A stretch of 64,000 bases of DNA, taken from assembly GCF_964204645.1 (NCBI RefSeq), contig NC_134030.1, positions 22,156,210 to 22,220,209 of the forward strand. The letters are read 5' to 3'. The stretch's first letter is position 1; each line of letters begins with the position of its first letter. This document shows, in pieces, positions 61,524-64,000 of this stretch. The stretch comes from Tubulanus polymorphus (taxonomy: Eukaryota > Animalia > Nemertea). The position numbers were made by a program, and so were the translations under genes. The notes beneath the pieces were generated by a model. The model ran no database searches and was not told the DNA's origin. It saw nothing but the letters and a program-made list of their open reading frames with translations.

Positions 61524-61860
61524 ATGTTTTCCAAACAGTTTCTGGTTTTTGCTCTGTTGTTGATGATGATTTCTGTGACGCTCGCTTCAAAAGGTAAATG
61601 TACAGCGGTAACAAGGTTTAGATCTAAGACCAGCCCGGTATAGTCCGCACCAGTCCAGATCAGTTCAGTCCGGTCCGTTCAGGTCCGGTTCAGTCCTGTT
61701 TCGAAGAGTTCATTCAATTTTCACTCTGTTTTTACTTTTGTGTTTCATATAGTGAAGAAAACTCGAGCAAAACGACAATGTGGAAATAACGGAAACGGAA
61801 ATGGAAACGGAGGTGGAAACAATGGAAATGGAAACGGAGGTGGAAACAATGGAAACGGAG
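61524..61860 (+). CDS. 5' part of a secreted Gly/Asn-repeat prepro-protein. Exons 61524-61593 and 61753-61860, plus a non-coding exon ending at 61077
   Basis: TATATAAA at about 60999, donor aag|gtaagt, then MFSKQFLVFALLLMMISVTLASK (signal peptide) spliced in phase 1 to VKKTRAKR-QCGNNGNGNGNGGGNNGNG..., ending at donor gtaagt. Confidence 0.75.
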
Positions 61861-62740
61861 GTAAGTTTAGCGGCATTGACACGATATTCCGCGTTCATTA
61901 TGTACGCGTATGGTGCCGATCAATAAATCAGAATACGGCGCTTACACAAGATTTGACACGTAGTAAGACCGCTTTAATTATGCGGATATTCAATGAATCC
62001 AAGATGGCGTTTTCATGTTATCGAATCTTTTTCGTGTTAATCACATTTATCATCAGTCAATCAGCGTGCTATATTTAGTTCTATTACGCGGCTAGTGTCC
62101 GAGGTTTCCCAATTATCCATTATTTCCAAAGTTCATTGGTCTTATTATGCGTTAGTGACACCTGGTGGATCCTCACTTGCCACAAGTAGAAATCTTCTAT
62201 ACGGGATAACGACACAAATTCAAGTTCTTGAATTACTCGTTTGATGGCGCTAGTCAGAACCGGAAATTGGAACCTAAATCCACCGGAATTGGCTATTTCG
62301 GATGACTCAAAACCAGGTTCCTATTTTTCGTTTCGTCTGTAATAGTTCGGATTTTATACCATCAACAAATGAACTTGAACTTTAATTTTATTGATCCATA
62401 TAATATACAAACGGAAGATCTCATTGGATTCGAGTCCCACTTACCTCAGTGTACTCTGGATTGATTTTTTAGGTCCGATTTTAAAAGGGCTTTCCCTGGA
62501 GGGAAGGGAGGCGACTTACAAATCCCAAAATTCCACACAAGCCTTTGTAAAATTAGAGAAAGAAAAAACAAGAGACAACAGAAAAGAAAAACTATATTGG
62601 CATATATTTATTTTTTGCTTCAGTGAAATAGATTTGCACAACAAACAAACAACAGTCACTGGGTAGGCCCTACCGTACCAACAAGTTTGAATAAAAATAC
62701 TACTTAGAATCATAATTACTACAGTCTGAATGTGAGTTAA

Positions 62741-62960
62741 GGCTAAACAATAATGATACCTTGTTTCTCCGCAGCGGTCGGGTCATTTTTGTAAAATATG
62801 ATAAAATTTGTAAACAGTTCATTTCTATAGCGGCCGGGTCTGTTATGGTTAAATTGATCACTATTTTAAAAAATGTAATGTATAGGGTAGATAGGCGGCC
62901 GGCCGGGTCAACATTTAAGCTCAGCAGAGCGGAGAAACAAGGTATCAATTTTTTTTTGCC
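62741..62960. mobile_element. PIF/Harbinger-like MITE, copy 2
   Basis: Near-identical to 6215-6433; TSD TAA. Confidence 0.85.
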
Positions 62961-63316
62961 TAAAATATACTGTTTACCGGTATCTATAATAAACAGAATT
63001 CAATAGTCACATTACTAATACAGAGTACTTTCAAGCATCAATACCAAAGACAATTAGGCCTACAACTACATGTTAAGACACATTCAGTCCTCGAAACATT
63101 TTGTTAGAGATAAGCACGGCGCTAGTATGTACGACCACATATTGCAGGTAACAAATTATTGCAACACCTAATGCTATACTCAATAATTGCATCCCGGGTG
63201 GCCTTAAAATCACTACAGTCAGTAGATGACAGCGCAGACAATGTCGAATAGTCCGCCATACATATGTCATTCAACATGCTAATGTAAAATGCTAATCCGT
63301 TATACTATCTGTAGAC

Positions 63317-63490
63317 GAACTTGAACTTGAACTTGAACTTATATTTATTGCGCCGTATATAACATTTATACATAGGATAAGACATGCAATAAATTTACAG
63401 GACAAAACATTGAAGAATGACATTAAATAGAGAATACATAATACATAGTAGCATAAACAAAAAACAAAAAACAAGAACTTATACAAGAAA
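63317..63490 (-). mobile_element. Probable LINE 3' tail
   Basis: On the minus strand a T-rich UTR and AATAAA are followed by (AAGTTC)4. A similar end occurs near 62371. Confidence 0.4.
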
Positions 63491-64000
63491 TAATGAGAAA
63501 AGCGCCCTCAGTCGCAAAGCTGAGGAACGGTCTGGTTTTGAGTCATCTGAAATAGTCAGTTCCAAATCCACCATGCTCTAGTTCATTTCAATGAAAATCT
63601 CTCGCTTCAAGTTTTCAACTAGCGATATTTTACTAACTATACATCGTCACGCATAATCCTTGAAATGTGTTATCCTACCGCTACATTGGATATGATAAAA
63701 CTTCACTGCAAAGGCTAGAAATCACTATAAATGTCCTATAATTATCAAAAAACATTTTGCAACGGCTGACGATGTAAAGACTGGTTGCCAGGTATCACAT
63801 GGTGGCAGCGTATGTAAAGACTGGTTTGCCAGGTATCACATGGTGGCAGCACTTGACGGCCCAATTAAGATTGTTGGTTCGAGTCCTGGTACTTTTCATA
63901 TTTTTATTATGAATCTACGAGTTTAGTCCTTCTAAAATCAACTTTAATTTTATATCATGATTTTATTTTCATTATTTCCTATCTATCAGTGTAGCCTGCA

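Overview
Gene-dense, intron-rich genomic DNA from an invertebrate animal, probably a spiralian (inferred from gene content, not determined). It is not prokaryotic, so most short ORF-track entries are exon fragments or repeat artefacts. Genes reconstructed by hand from splice signals, with phases checked: (1) 5' end of NPAT (- strand, runs off the window start). (2) Head-to-head with it, a 186-aa KH + RGG/GDRY + CCHC zinc-knuckle RNA-binding protein that the ORF track misses, with a candidate poison exon. (3) An orphan TXNL1 first exon. (4) An intronless NHL-like beta-propeller ORF (- strand). (5) Complete SF3A1, 17 exons, whose intron 1 is U12-type. (6) BBX (HMG box), ending in a phase-compatible 8.3-kb acidic exon built from tandem repeats. 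(7) Complete USP2-like deubiquitinase with a second U12-type intron. (8) 5' end of a secreted Gly/Asn-repeat prepro-protein. Introns hold many MITEs (hAT5-like with 5-bp TSDs, PIF/Harbinger-like, piggyBac-like) and minisatellites. Several minisatellites carry recognisable motifs: tRNA A/B boxes, CTCF-like sites, CCAAT boxes and MITE TIR cores. No CRISPR array, rRNA or intact tRNA was seen. Gene names come from recalled family motifs, not database searches.
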